A stretch of 64,000 bases of DNA. Origin: Candidatus Calditenuaceae archaeon. Lineage in GTDB: Archaea; Thermoproteota; Nitrososphaeria_A; Caldarchaeales; Calditenuaceae. Of this stretch, positions 8,145-18,205 are shown in pieces. The notes below the pieces were generated by a model. The model ran no database searches and was not told where the DNA came from. It worked only from the letters and a program-made list of their open reading frames with translations. The stretch lies in contig JANXDI010000015.1 in NCBI GenBank assembly GCA_025059595.1, positions 89,872-153,871 on the forward strand, in the 5' to 3' direction. Every line of letters starts with the position of its first letter. Within the stretch, counting starts at the first letter, position 1. The position numbers were made by a program, and so were the translations under genes.

Positions 8145-11100
8145 TCAAGTCTGTTCAGGCAGCCTCGAAATCGTTAAGGCCTCATTATATAGCTCCCTGA
8201 GAACATCCTGATACTTCACCTCTCCAGACTCAATCTTCTCCATCAGCTCCTCAAGCCTCACAGTCAGCTCCTCTGAGACAAGCATCCCAAAGTTCGACGC
8301 AAGATACTCGTACACCGCTCTCCCAAGCCTCGTAGCGAGTATCCTGCCCTTGTTGTTGAAGATGTAGCCTCTCCGATAAAGGACACTAATTATTCGGGCA
8401 TAGGTGCTTGGTCTTCCAATTCCGCGCTCCCGCATCAGCGCGACGACATCGCCCTCGCGGAAAAGATAAGCGGCCTGAACCCGCCTAACCTCGAGCTTGA
8501 CCACACTATGAACTCCCGCAGCTAGGGGCTTAGAAGGTTTAACGGTCGTGAAGACTTTGAGGAAGCCCGGCTCCTTAACATCGACAATCCTCTCCACTCT
8601 GTACTCTGAGTCGAGGACCTTTATTTTGCAAGACTGCCTCAGGCCGACGGCCTCTCTCATCTGGCTCGCCATGAATCGCCTAAAGATGAGGTCGTACAGC
8701 GCGAGGTCCCTGTTCTCGAGCCTCGTGGGCAATCGGAGCATCCCGGACTGGAGGTAGAGCTCTAGCTGCCTTCTGCTGAGGGGTCTTGTGGGTCTGATGC
8801 ACTCGTGGGCCCCGGGCTCGCCGTGATGTCTTGGAATGAAAAGGCCTGGATAATGCTCGTCTATGTAACTCCGCGCAACGCCGATGCCTGTTGAGGAGAC
8901 GTAGGTGGAGCCTGTCCTGTGATAGGTTATGAGTCCAGACTCGAAGAGCCTTTGTGCAATCTGCATCGCCTCAGAGGTGCTCATTCTGAGCATGAGGGAC
9001 GCGTCCCGGAGCAGCGAGTCGGTTGTATATGGCCTCGGTGGGAGGAGTGGTGTCTCGGTCAGCTCGACCTCAGAGACCTCAACCTTCAGAGTTTTCTCAC
9101 TGAAGAGTTTCTTAACCTCCTCGAGTCTTTCAGGGTCCACAAGCTCTATTTCGGAGCCGTCGTCCAGAGCTACGGAGGCGATTGTCCGCCTCTTTTTAGC
9201 CTCCTCCATCCTCTGAATAACCCAGCCGAGCACGGGGGTCTGGACCCGGCCTGCCGAGAGGTGCCTCCTCCCAAAATGCTCCCAGAGGCGTCGGCTAAGC
9301 TCAAAACCAACCCACCTATCTTCAATCCTCCTGACGGTCTGAGCCTCGACTAGGGGTAGCGATAGGTCTCTAGGAGACTTGAGGGCGTCTCTGAGAGCCC
9401 TCCGAGTGATTTCGTGGAACTCGAGCCTCTTGACGTTCCCGTTAAAAGGCTTAACATTCACGTATATGTCGTAACCAATCTTCTCACCCTCCGCATCCGG
9501 GTCTGTGGCTATGTAAACCACGTCAAACTCGGGAGCGAGTTTTCTGAGCGACTCGATTATTGCTTTTTTGCTGTAGAAGTTTTTTGAGCCGCAGTTCGGG
9601 CATGCCTCGCCGTCCGTGAACTGCTCGCCACAGCGAAGGCACCTCTTAATATCAATGTAAACAGGCTTGAACTCTCCGTTGTCGATTGATACGCCGTGAA
9701 ATCCGTGGCTCGTTGTTAAATCGACGACGTGCCCCTGCGAGGCGGCCAAGCAGGCAACATACCCCTCACCGATGGATTCGTAGATGGTTAGCCCATCTAT
9801 CTCCCTCTTGGAGGGTCTGCCGAAGAAGTAGGCAAGCGTCCTCGCCTTCGTCGGCGACTCGACGATAATTAGCGATGACTTTAGGATATCAACCGCCTCG
9901 GGCCTGACCTCGCTCACGCTCATCTCCTGAAGCAGCCTTCGGTCTCTGTCGCAGAGCTTGAACTCCTCTTCCGCCAAGTCGCTTCGATACTCTTGGAAAG
10001 TCTCCTCGTAGAGCGCCTCGAGGCCTCTCGCTATTCCTCTGAACGCCTTCTCGTCTTCAACGATTAGTATTGAGATTCCTCGCGTTATCCCTCCCGCGAA
10101 CATTCGCGAGGAGCGGCCGGAGGCCTGAACGTAACCGTCGATGTCAGGTATGAGTATTGAGAGGCCATTCTCGTCTGCCCTTATCCTAAGGTCCATCAAC
10201 TCCGCAATCCGTCTCAGCTCCTCTTCGCCTATCGAGGACTTTATGAGATTGTGGGCGCGAGTAACCGCCGAGTAGACATATCCCGCGAATCCATCAGGCG
10301 GTCTTCCTGTCTCCAGTGCTTGTTTAACGGCGTCTAGTATATCGCTTCTCGTTGGGAGGCATTTGTTGAGCATCCCCATGACTTGGACGAGCTCCGCCTC
10401 TCTCCTCTCGCTGATTATCGGCGCGAGGCTCCTAAGAATGCTAAGTAGAATTGAGGGGCGATGCTCACTCCAAGACACATTAATCTCTCGCCTCGGAACC
10501 CCGGCAAAGACAACGTATCGGATTCTCTCGGGGAGGTCGATGCCTCTCGCGAGGGGGCTTCTAGTGCTGGCCACACCGACCAAGACATCATATTCTCCGG
10601 CCTTGAAGCGCTCCAGCATTCTCGGATTCATCCTCTCATATGCGTGAGCCTTTATCCCGAGCTTGTTGAGACACTCCGTGAGTCGCTTGGCTGATGCGAC
10701 CCCCTCAACCTGCGGTACGAAAACTAAGCACCCCCCACCATGCCTTTTAATCAGCTCAGCGGCCTCACTCCAGACATCCATCCTCGGCCTCACATACAAG
10801 TTCTTGATGTTCCGGACGAGCTCTATCGAGAATCCTGGCTCGAAGTTTAGTGCAAGCCGGAATAGCTTCAATCTCTTTGTCCTTCTGCCCTTCATGGTGG
10901 CGCCTGAAACAACGAGAACGGAGTCGACGCGCTTCGCGACTGGCGCAGTTTCGTCAGATTCTCTCTCGCCCCCTGCTATGAGCTTGAGCCAGCCCTCAAC
11001 CTCTTCCTGCGCGAACCCCATCAGTAACAGAGTCTTGTCTATGTTCCTCGGAGACTTGAGGAAAGAGTCTACGTCGTCCACAAATATGAATGAGAATTTG

Positions 11101-11675
11101 GTGTTACGTAGCAGGTCGAACCTGCCGTACAGGAATCGGTCGGTTGTGATTAGAATTTCGTAGTCTCTCTCGGCTATCTGTTTCAGGGCCTGCTTTGCGG
11201 CGACCTTCTTTAGGCCGGAGTAGTATCCAACGATTCTTGGCTTGTCTTCTTGAAGTTTGGCGGCGAGGGATTCGGCCCTATCGAGTAGGTGCTGGACGAG
11301 AAGGCTTGTTGGTACTATGATGTAAGACTTCTTCCCCCTCGTGGCTTGGAAGAGGGCCATGGCTAAGCAGAATGTCGTCTTTCCCGTTCCTGTTGGAGAC
11401 ATCATCGAGAAGCTCCTCCCCAAGAGGATTCTCTTGGCCCAGGTCCTCTGAAGAGACCAAGGACGCGCGCCCACGATTCTCTTAAAGAACTCCTCAAACT
11501 CGCCGTAAAGCCTGTTTAGCTCGAGGAAGGGGATGTAGTTGCCGGGCCTGATTTGAATGACTCTCTCCCGGCCGCTTGAGATTAAGCAGCTGCGACAGAC
11601 CCCCCACTCAACCAGCTCCCAGTCAGTAATTTCGCCCTCACAGTTTGGGCAGAGCAGCGCGTAAACCGACCTCAA
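8145..11675 (-). CDS. rgy: Reverse gyrase
   Basis: 1176 aa. N-terminal Zn finger CPNCEGE...CRSC. SF2 helicase Walker A SPTGTGKTT. C-terminal Toprim/topo IA domain (IIVESPTKARTLAYFFG). Second zinc ribbon CLRCGEQFTDGEACPNCGS. Confidence 0.92.
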   Translation of the reverse strand: MRSVYALLCPNCEGEITDWELVEWGVCRSCLISSGRERVIQIRPGNYIPFLELNRLYGEFEEFFKRIVGARPWSLQRTWAKRILLGRSFSMMSPTGTGKTTFCLAMALFQATRGKKSYIIVPTSLLVQHLLDRAESLAAKLQEDKPRIVGYYSGLKKVAAKQALKQIAERDYEILITTDRFLYGRFDLLRNTKFSFIFVDDVDSFLKSPRNIDKTLLLMGFAQEEVEGWLKLIAGGERESDETAPVAKRVDSVLVVSGATMKGRRTKRLKLFRLALNFEPGFSIELVRNIKNLYVRPRMDVWSEAAELIKRHGGGCLVFVPQVEGVASAKRLTECLNKLGIKAHAYERMNPRMLERFKAGEYDVLVGVASTRSPLARGIDLPERIRYVVFAGVPRREINVSWSEHRPSILLSILRSLAPIISERREAELVQVMGMLNKCLPTRSDILDAVKQALETGRPPDGFAGYVYSAVTRAHNLIKSSIGEEELRRIAELMDLRIRADENGLSILIPDIDGYVQASGRSSRMFAGGITRGISILIVEDEKAFRGIARGLEALYEETFQEYRSDLAEEEFKLCDRDRRLLQEMSVSEVRPEAVDILKSSLIIVESPTKARTLAYFFGRPSKREIDGLTIYESIGEGYVACLAASQGHVVDLTTSHGFHGVSIDNGEFKPVYIDIKRCLRCGEQFTDGEACPNCGSKNFYSKKAIIESLRKLAPEFDVVYIATDPDAEGEKIGYDIYVNVKPFNGNVKRLEFHEITRRALRDALKSPRDLSLPLVEAQTVRRIEDRWVGFELSRRLWEHFGRRHLSAGRVQTPVLGWVIQRMEEAKKRRTIASVALDDGSEIELVDPERLEEVKKLFSEKTLKVEVSEVELTETPLLPPRPYTTDSLLRDASLMLRMSTSEAMQIAQRLFESGLITYHRTGSTYVSSTGIGVARSYIDEHYPGLFIPRHHGEPGAHECIRPTRPLSRRQLELYLQSGMLRLPTRLENRDLALYDLIFRRFMASQMREAVGLRQSCKIKVLDSEYRVERIVDVKEPGFLKVFTTVKPSKPLAAGVHSVVKLEVRRVQAAYLFREGDVVALMRERGIGRPSTYARIISVLYRRGYIFNNKGRILATRLGRAVYEYLASNFGMLVSEELTVRLEELMEKIESGEVKYQDVLRELYNEALTISRLPEQT

Positions 11676-11725
11676 AACCTTGCTAACGCAAAAGACCGTC
11701 TAATCATCCTCAAATATTATTCTCT

Positions 11726-12271
11726 TTGGGTGAGTTCGTGAAGAATATGGACTGGCTCGCTCGCCTCTCCTTGACCCGGTCTGATGAGCCTCCTCGGGGA
11801 GGTAGGGGGGAATGCGCTGTTGCGGTGATTCTGACGGTGGAGGGCGAGCTGCTTCTTGTCAGGAGGGCTGAAAGGGCTGGAGACCCTTGGAGCGGCCAGT
11901 GGGCTCTTCCTGGTGGGTTTTGGAAGGAGCGGGATGGAAGCCTGCTCGAGACGGCTTTTAGGGAGGTTTGGGAGGAGGTGGGGATAGAGGCGGGGGGACT
12001 GAAACATGTGGGCTGGCTTAAGGCTAGAAGTCCGAGGACGAGGCCTGATATAGTTGTCTACCCGTTTGTTTTTCTGGCTGAGGGGAGGCTTGTGGTCAGG
12101 CTTTCGGATGAGCTGGAGAATTTTAGGTGGGTGCCGCTCCGCGGGCTTGAGAGGGGGGTTCGGCTCGTGGAGACCGCTCAGGGGCCCTTAGAGGTGGAGG
12201 CTTATCTCTGGGAGGGCGTCGCAGTCTGGGGGCTCACTTACTCCGTTTTAAAGGAGCTTCGGGGCGAGTGA
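11726..12271 (+). CDS. Nudix hydrolase
   Basis: Nudix box GGFWKERDGSLLETAFREVWEEVGIE. Confidence 0.8.
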   Translation: MGEFVKNMDWLARLSLTRSDEPPRGGRGECAVAVILTVEGELLLVRRAERAGDPWSGQWALPGGFWKERDGSLLETAFREVWEEVGIEAGGLKHVGWLKARSPRTRPDIVVYPFVFLAEGRLVVRLSDELENFRWVPLRGLERGVRLVETAQGPLEVEAYLWEGVAVWGLTYSVLKELRGE

Positions 12272-12937
12272 GGCCTTCCTTATTCTCAGATACCCCCTGT
12301 CCCCGAGCCAGACAGGCTCTGTCTCCACTTTGATAGACTTCTGGAAAAACGGGGCATCCACCACCAGCGTCTCATAGTCACCCCCCTCTCCCGCCGGGTT
12401 AAGCCCATACTTCTCCGCAAGCTTCTCAAGCTCCCCGACCGCTTCACGGTCGAGCCTTCTTCCCAGCCAAGCCGAGCCGAGACCGAGAGCACTCGTCGCA
12501 ACAATCAAGACACTATACCCCCTTCTAAGCACGTCGGTCAGGACTTCGCGAGCTTCCATATTCCAGTTGGGCGCCAGATGCTGAACTCCGAGGCGACGTG
12601 CAACCGAGTCAATCCTGTCCCTCTGATACCTGCTTGCTATTCCGCCGCTCAGAAGCCCATCCGCACTAAACTCTTCAACGAGGCCCTGGAGGGCAACGTA
12701 TAACTCCTCAACCTCGGCGTCCCTCCTGCCACTGACCTCGACGTATCTGTGGTTCAAGCCCATGGCCTCGGCCTGGAGATGCTGGACACCGATACAGCTT
12801 GTGTGAAACATCCATGAATCGGCTTCGAGGGGCTTAGCGGTAACGAGTAGAACTATCTCATGCCCGGCTTCAAGCGCCTTCTCGACCGCGAGCGTCGAGT
12901 CTTTTCCGCCAGTAAATAGTGATATGAGACGCATCAC
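12248..12937 (-). CDS. Dph6-like PP-loop ATPase (diphthine-ammonia ligase family, MJ0570-like)
   Basis: N-terminal SLFTGGKDS PP-loop. Conserved GEGGDYETLVVDAP motif. Confidence 0.7.
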   Translation of the reverse strand: MMRLISLFTGGKDSTLAVEKALEAGHEIVLLVTAKPLEADSWMFHTSCIGVQHLQAEAMGLNHRYVEVSGRRDAEVEELYVALQGLVEEFSADGLLSGGIASRYQRDRIDSVARRLGVQHLAPNWNMEAREVLTDVLRRGYSVLIVATSALGLGSAWLGRRLDREAVGELEKLAEKYGLNPAGEGGDYETLVVDAPFFQKSIKVETEPVWLGDRGYLRIRKASLAPKLL

Positions 12938-13959
12938 TTACGCTTGTAGAGATTATTGAGCGCCTTTTTCAGGATTGCCTCCGAGACCTCCCCGACGGTG
13001 GCGCGACCCCCCAAGTCTGGTGTAATAACCCGGCCCTCCTTGAGCAACTGAGCAACCGCTGCCTCGACAGCCCTTGCAGCCTGCGAAAGCCTCTCATCCC
13101 GCCTCGACATTCCAAGCCACCCCATCAAGTATGAGGATGAAAGTATCGTAGCTATCGGGTTGGCGTATTCAGGGTTGAGGCTTGGGGCTGAGCCGTGCAC
13201 AGGCTCGAAAACACCCATCCGCTCGCCTATGTTGGCTGAGCCTGCAAGCCCTATTGAGCCCGTCACACCTGCGGCCAGGTCGGAGAGGATGTCCCCGAAC
13301 ATGTTGGGGGTCAGAATCACGTCGAATATGCCGGGGTTCACTACCATCTGGTATGCCGCGTTGTCGACATACATCTCATCCACCGTCGCGCCACCCTGCT
13401 TAACCACCTCGATTGCGATGTCCCGGAAGAACTTGTAGGATGAGAGGACGTTTGCCTTGTGGACGACCGTAACTTTTCCTCGCCTCTCTCTCGCCATGTT
13501 TAGGGCGACGCGCGCTATACGCTCCGTGCCGCGGCGCGTTATCACGAGTAAAGAGACTGCATGGTCTCGCCCAACGTCCTCCACGCCCTTGTAAAGGTCC
13601 TCCGTGTTCTCCCTGACAATCACGAAGTCAAGCCCGCTCCAGAAACACTTAACACCCTCGTATGTCTTGAAAGGCCTGATGTTGGCGTATAGGTCAAGCC
13701 TCTGCCTCAGATAAACTATCACATCCCGCGCCGTCTCACCTACAGGCCCCTTAAGACAAGCATCTGACCCCATTATCTTCTCAAGGGACTCGTGCGGCAG
13801 GGCCTCGCCCCTCTCAGCCGCAACGGCATCACCCGCAGGCGCCTCCACAAACTCCACCTCGAACCCTAAAGCTGATGCGAGCTCCTCCACTATACGAGTG
13901 GCGTGACGGATGACGGTGGGCCCTATTCCGTCGCCGGGGATGACGGATATTCTATACAT
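12934..13959 (-). CDS. leuB: 3-isopropylmalate dehydrogenase family (LeuB/homoisocitrate/tartrate dehydrogenase-like)
   Basis: N-terminal VIPGDGIGPTV. Typical IDH/IMDH fold length (341 aa). Adjacent to an ilvD-family dehydratase. Confidence 0.7.
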   Translation of the reverse strand: MYRISVIPGDGIGPTVIRHATRIVEELASALGFEVEFVEAPAGDAVAAERGEALPHESLEKIMGSDACLKGPVGETARDVIVYLRQRLDLYANIRPFKTYEGVKCFWSGLDFVIVRENTEDLYKGVEDVGRDHAVSLLVITRRGTERIARVALNMARERRGKVTVVHKANVLSSYKFFRDIAIEVVKQGGATVDEMYVDNAAYQMVVNPGIFDVILTPNMFGDILSDLAAGVTGSIGLAGSANIGERMGVFEPVHGSAPSLNPEYANPIATILSSSYLMGWLGMSRRDERLSQAARAVEAAVAQLLKEGRVITPDLGGRATVGEVSEAILKKALNNLYKRK

Positions 13960-13965
13960 GACTTC

Positions 13966-15660
13966 TCATGTGCGTGGTAGCGTTACCGCGCCCATTGAGG
14001 CTGAGGAAACAAGCGAGGCGTATTTCGCGAGGAGGCCCGAGGCCGCCTTAGGCGGCTTCGGCTTCAACGCGCTCCGCCTTCTCTCGAGCTCTGATTCAGC
14101 CACGAGTAAGTCGAGCCTACCGGCCTCAGTGTCGATGAGAACCCTGTCTCCGTCCTCAACGAGGGCTATCGGCCCACCCGCCACCGCCTCCGGAGCTACA
14201 TGACCAACCATAATTCCCCGAGTTGCGCCGCTGAACCGTCCGTCCGTGACCATTGCTACAGTCTCACCTAGTCCAGCCCCCGAAAGAGCTGCCGTGACTC
14301 TGAGCATCTCCGGCATACCCGGGGCGCCTTTTGGCCCTACGTAGCGGATGACCAGAACATTACCCTCATCCACATCGCCACGCCTCACCGCCTCAAAGGC
14401 AGGCTCCTCATCGTCGAAAACTCGCGCAGAGCCCTCAAACCTAGTAACCCCTGTAGCGGCGGTCTTAACCACCGCTCCATCCGGAGCCAGCGACCCTCGA
14501 AGAATCCTGATTCCACCCGTCTTCTTAATCGGATTGGAGGGGTGGCGGACTATGTGGTCGTGGGGGACGTCTGGAAGCCGGTATTCTTTAAGGCTCTGGG
14601 CGAGGCTCTTGCCTGAGACGGTCAAGACATCGCCATCAATTAGACCCGCTTCGAGAAGGAGCCTGAGTAGGAGGGGCGCGCCCCCCACTCTGTCGAGGTC
14701 CAACATCACATACTCTCCCGCCGGCCTCATGTTGAGAATGTAAGGCGTCTTTCTCGAGATTTCGTCGAGGTCGTCGAGGGTGAATTTGACACCTGCCTCA
14801 TGAGCAAGAGCGAGTAGGTGAAGTATCCCGTTTGTCGAGCCCCCAGATGCCATGAGTACTGTCGCAGCGTTCCTGAAAGCCTCATACTTTAGGATGTCAC
14901 GCGGCTTAATGTCATTCTCTAGCAGAGGCCCGAGGGCTTTACCTGTCTCGTATGAGAAGATGGCACGTCTCGAGGAGGTGGCTGTAGGGCTTGAGCTTCC
15001 CAAGAGGGCTAGTCCGAGAGCCTCGCTCAGCAGCGCCATGGTGTTGGCTGTGAAAAGACCTGCGCAGGCCCCATAGGTCGGGTGAGCAACCATCTCTACT
15101 TGGAGAAGCTCCTGCTCAGAGGCCTTCCCCTTGAGATAGGCGCCAACATATTCGTGGACATCCTCTATCGTGAACTTCTTCTCACCTATGAAGCCAGGCT
15201 CGGCGGAGCCGCCATACATGTAGATCGATGGCCTGTTAATCCTCGCCATGGCCATCATGAGTCCCGGCTGTGTCTTATCACAACCACCTATCGCGACGAA
15301 GCCATCATAAGCATGCGCGACGATCTGGGCCTCAACACTATCAGCTATCACCTCCCTGCTCACGAGGCTATATCTCATACCAGCCGTCCCCATCGAGATG
15401 TTGTCGTTCACGACTATCGTAGGCATCGCGAGACCAACACAGCCGGCGTCCCGAAGCCCCTGCTTAACATAGCCCACCAAGTTGAGGGTGTGGAAGTTGC
15501 AGGGCCCCGACTCGCTCCAAGCAACCACGACCCCAGCCAAGGGTTTCCCAATATCGCTTGGGTCAAGGCCGATGGACCAGAGGAAGGCTCTGTGAGGCGC
15601 GTTAAGAATTCCCGCATATCTTTCAGAGCTGTATGCGGCCCCTTTCCGCGTTCCACTCAT
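13966..15660 (-). CDS. ilvD: IlvD/EDD-family dehydratase (dihydroxy-acid dehydratase or sugar-acid dehydratase)
   Basis: Conserved CDKTQPG Fe-S motif and 564 aa IlvD/EDD architecture. Confidence 0.85.
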   Translation of the reverse strand: MSGTRKGAAYSSERYAGILNAPHRAFLWSIGLDPSDIGKPLAGVVVAWSESGPCNFHTLNLVGYVKQGLRDAGCVGLAMPTIVVNDNISMGTAGMRYSLVSREVIADSVEAQIVAHAYDGFVAIGGCDKTQPGLMMAMARINRPSIYMYGGSAEPGFIGEKKFTIEDVHEYVGAYLKGKASEQELLQVEMVAHPTYGACAGLFTANTMALLSEALGLALLGSSSPTATSSRRAIFSYETGKALGPLLENDIKPRDILKYEAFRNAATVLMASGGSTNGILHLLALAHEAGVKFTLDDLDEISRKTPYILNMRPAGEYVMLDLDRVGGAPLLLRLLLEAGLIDGDVLTVSGKSLAQSLKEYRLPDVPHDHIVRHPSNPIKKTGGIRILRGSLAPDGAVVKTAATGVTRFEGSARVFDDEEPAFEAVRRGDVDEGNVLVIRYVGPKGAPGMPEMLRVTAALSGAGLGETVAMVTDGRFSGATRGIMVGHVAPEAVAGGPIALVEDGDRVLIDTEAGRLDLLVAESELERRRSALKPKPPKAASGLLAKYASLVSSASMGAVTLPRT

Positions 15661-15745
15661 CCCGCCAAATGCCTCAGACGGGGCATATTAAAGAGTTTCC
15701 GCCAACCGTGAGTTCTTTAAAAATGTAAAGGATTTCTATCTGCCC

Positions 15746-17221
15746 GTGCATAATAGGAAAGAATTGAGCGAGCGTATTTACCCCTGTATAATAGGTGGCG
15801 AGAAGTTCTACTCAGCCGATGGTAGGACGTTTAGAGACATCAACCCGGCCCAGACAGACGATGTTGTCGCCGAGTTTCCACTGCTCTCGAGGGAGGATGC
15901 GGCCAGGGCCATTGATGTGGCGAGGGAGGCTCAGGCTAAATGGGCCTCAACCCCTGCGCCGGAGAGGGGGCGGATTCTAGTCAAGGCCGCTCAGATAGTG
16001 GAGAATGAGGCGGATGAGCTTGCTAGACTTCTCACTCGGGAGGAGGGGAAGACCTTGGCTGAAGCTAGAACCGAAGTTCTCAGGGTGGTTAGCGTCTTCA
16101 GATTCTTCGGAGTAATGGGATATAGGCTGAGGGGAGAGTTCATGCCCTCAGCAGAGCCTAAAACCCACCTCTTCACCATCCGCGAACCCCTCGGAGTTAC
16201 CTCAATCATCACCCCATGGAACTTTCCCATCGCAATACCAGCCTGGAAAATGGCCCCAGCACTAATCTGCGGAAACACGGTCGTCTTCAAACCCGCAAGC
16301 TACACACCACTCATAGGGTATAAGCTGGCAGACGCCCTTCACCGCGCAGGCCTACCACCAGGCGTCCTCAACCTCGTTACAGGCCCAGGCTCAACCGTCG
16401 GAGCGGAGCTAATCACAAACCAGGATGTAGATGCCATTTCTTTTACGGGGTCGCTCGAGGTGGGGGAGGAGATTAAGCGCACGGCAGGAGGCAGGAACGT
16501 CCGGATTCAACTGGAACTTGGCGGCAAAAACCCTTCAATCGTCCTGGATGACACCGATATGGAGCGGGCTGTCGAGATGATTGTTAGGGGTGCCTTCGGC
16601 CTCACGGGTCAGGCCTGCACGGCTACCAGCCGAGCAATTGTTCTTGAGAGCGTCGCGGATGAGTTTGAGAGAAGGCTGGTGGAGCGGGTCAAGAGAATTA
16701 GGGTTGGCAACGGACTGGTGGAGGGTGTGGAGATGGGCCCTGTTGTGGGTGAGAGGGAGTTGAATAAGATTCTCGACTATATTCAGGTGGGGCTAAATGA
16801 AGGTGCGAAACTCGTCCTAGGTGGCAGAAAGCTCACAGGCCCTGAGCACTCAAAGGGGTATTTCGTTGAGCCCACCATATTCAAGGACGTCACCCCGGAC
16901 ATGAGGATAGCTCAGGAGGAGATATTTGGCCCGGTCCTAGCGATAATGCGCGCTAGCAACTTTGACGAGGCCATAGAGCTCGCCAACAAAGTGGAGTATG
17001 GTCTCGCGGCGTCAATATTCACGAGGAGCCTCCCGAGAGCCTTCGAATTCATCAGCCGCATTCAAGCTGGCGTCGTCAAGATAAATAAGCCCACGATAGG
17101 TCTCGAGCCTCACATGCCCTTCGGAGGATTCAAGAAATCCAGCTTCGGAATGATTAAGGAGCAGGGAGAAGCCGCCCTGGACTTCTACTCAAAAGTCAAG
17201 GCCGTCTACCTCGGCTACTGA
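15746..17221 (+). CDS. NAD(P)-dependent aldehyde dehydrogenase (possibly 2,5-dioxopentanoate/semialdehyde dehydrogenase)
   Basis: ALDH motifs ELGGKNP and catalytic Cys in GQACTA. 491 aa. Confidence 0.85.
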   Translation: MHNRKELSERIYPCIIGGEKFYSADGRTFRDINPAQTDDVVAEFPLLSREDAARAIDVAREAQAKWASTPAPERGRILVKAAQIVENEADELARLLTREEGKTLAEARTEVLRVVSVFRFFGVMGYRLRGEFMPSAEPKTHLFTIREPLGVTSIITPWNFPIAIPAWKMAPALICGNTVVFKPASYTPLIGYKLADALHRAGLPPGVLNLVTGPGSTVGAELITNQDVDAISFTGSLEVGEEIKRTAGGRNVRIQLELGGKNPSIVLDDTDMERAVEMIVRGAFGLTGQACTATSRAIVLESVADEFERRLVERVKRIRVGNGLVEGVEMGPVVGERELNKILDYIQVGLNEGAKLVLGGRKLTGPEHSKGYFVEPTIFKDVTPDMRIAQEEIFGPVLAIMRASNFDEAIELANKVEYGLAASIFTRSLPRAFEFISRIQAGVVKINKPTIGLEPHMPFGGFKKSSFGMIKEQGEAALDFYSKVKAVYLGY

Positions 17222-18122
17222 GCCGCCCAATCCTGTTCCGGAGTATTCCGATTTTTTCAACCTCTATCTCGACTATATCACCATCACTCAACGTGAAATC
17301 ATTTGGTGGGATGATTCCAGTGCCAGTGAGCAATACTGTGCCGGGTGGGATGATGTTGTCCCTTGTCAGGAACTCCACGAGCTCCTCCAGACTTCTCTTA
17401 AGACTCGACGTGCTGACCGAACCGCTGAAGACGACAGACCCGCTCCTCAGAATTCTCATCTCAATCATCAAGTTCTTCGGGTCGTCAACTGATTCCCTCA
17501 GAGCTATCGCAGGCCCGAGGGCGCAGCAGCCCTTGTAAATCTTGGCTTGAGGCAGGTAGAGCGGATTCTCACCCTCAATATCGCGGGCTGAGAGGTCGTT
17601 GCCGATTGTATATCCTAATATCTCGTGTCGCGGGCCTAGCACGAGTGCGAGCTCAGGCTCTGGGACCGCCCAGTTTGTGTCGCTCCGGATATATGCCACT
17701 TCGTCCGGCCCCACGCATCTTGAGGGCGTGGCCTTGAAGAAAATTTCAGGCCTCTCAGCCTCGTAGACGAGGTCGTAGATTCCCTTAGCCTTTGTCTCGT
17801 ATTCCCGCGCCTCGCGGCTGCGCAGATATGTAACCCCTGCACCCCAGACCTCGGGCGGAAGGATTGGAATTAGGAGGCGAGGACCGCCCTCACCCCCTCC
17901 GCTGAGCTCCGAATATTTGAGACGCCTCAGCCTCTTCTCCGCTCTGATTTTAAGCTCGAGATAGCTGGCGAGTGACATACTTTTCTGCGCCGCCTCCCGC
18001 ACTAAAGCTAGGAATCCTCGCCCGGCTCCATACCTCCGCTCGGGCAGCAGAACAACCTCGTCTCCGACCACGACTCCACCCCTCATCCCCCCGCGAGGCA
18101 GCCGGACCCTAACAAACCTCAA
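17196..18122 (-). CDS. Fumarylacetoacetate hydrolase (FAH)-family protein, KdaD-like 2-keto-3-deoxy-acid dehydratase candidate
   Basis: FAH-family core GYTIGNDLSARDIEGENPLYLPQAKIYKGCCALGPAI. Its 3' end overlaps the ALDH gene by 26 nt (convergent). Confidence 0.75.
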   Translation of the reverse strand: MRFVRVRLPRGGMRGGVVVGDEVVLLPERRYGAGRGFLALVREAAQKSMSLASYLELKIRAEKRLRRLKYSELSGGGEGGPRLLIPILPPEVWGAGVTYLRSREAREYETKAKGIYDLVYEAERPEIFFKATPSRCVGPDEVAYIRSDTNWAVPEPELALVLGPRHEILGYTIGNDLSARDIEGENPLYLPQAKIYKGCCALGPAIALRESVDDPKNLMIEMRILRSGSVVFSGSVSTSSLKRSLEELVEFLTRDNIIPPGTVLLTGTGIIPPNDFTLSDGDIVEIEVEKIGILRNRIGRLSSRGRRP

Positions 18123-18205
18123 GGACCAAACACACCTATAGTCAGCTCCGCGGCAACTACTTAAAACTGAACGGTAACAAACAAACGTTAATAGCTCCCG
18201 GAAGT

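Noticed and set aside
8548-11163. Multiple 60-166 aa ORFs on the plus strand inside reverse gyrase, and similar nested ORFs inside ilvD, acnA, pst and the GH51 gene
   Set aside because: They are antisense to or embedded in strongly supported long genes, GC-rich, Arg/Ser/Pro-biased and have no motifs. They are typical spurious ORFs of high-GC DNA.
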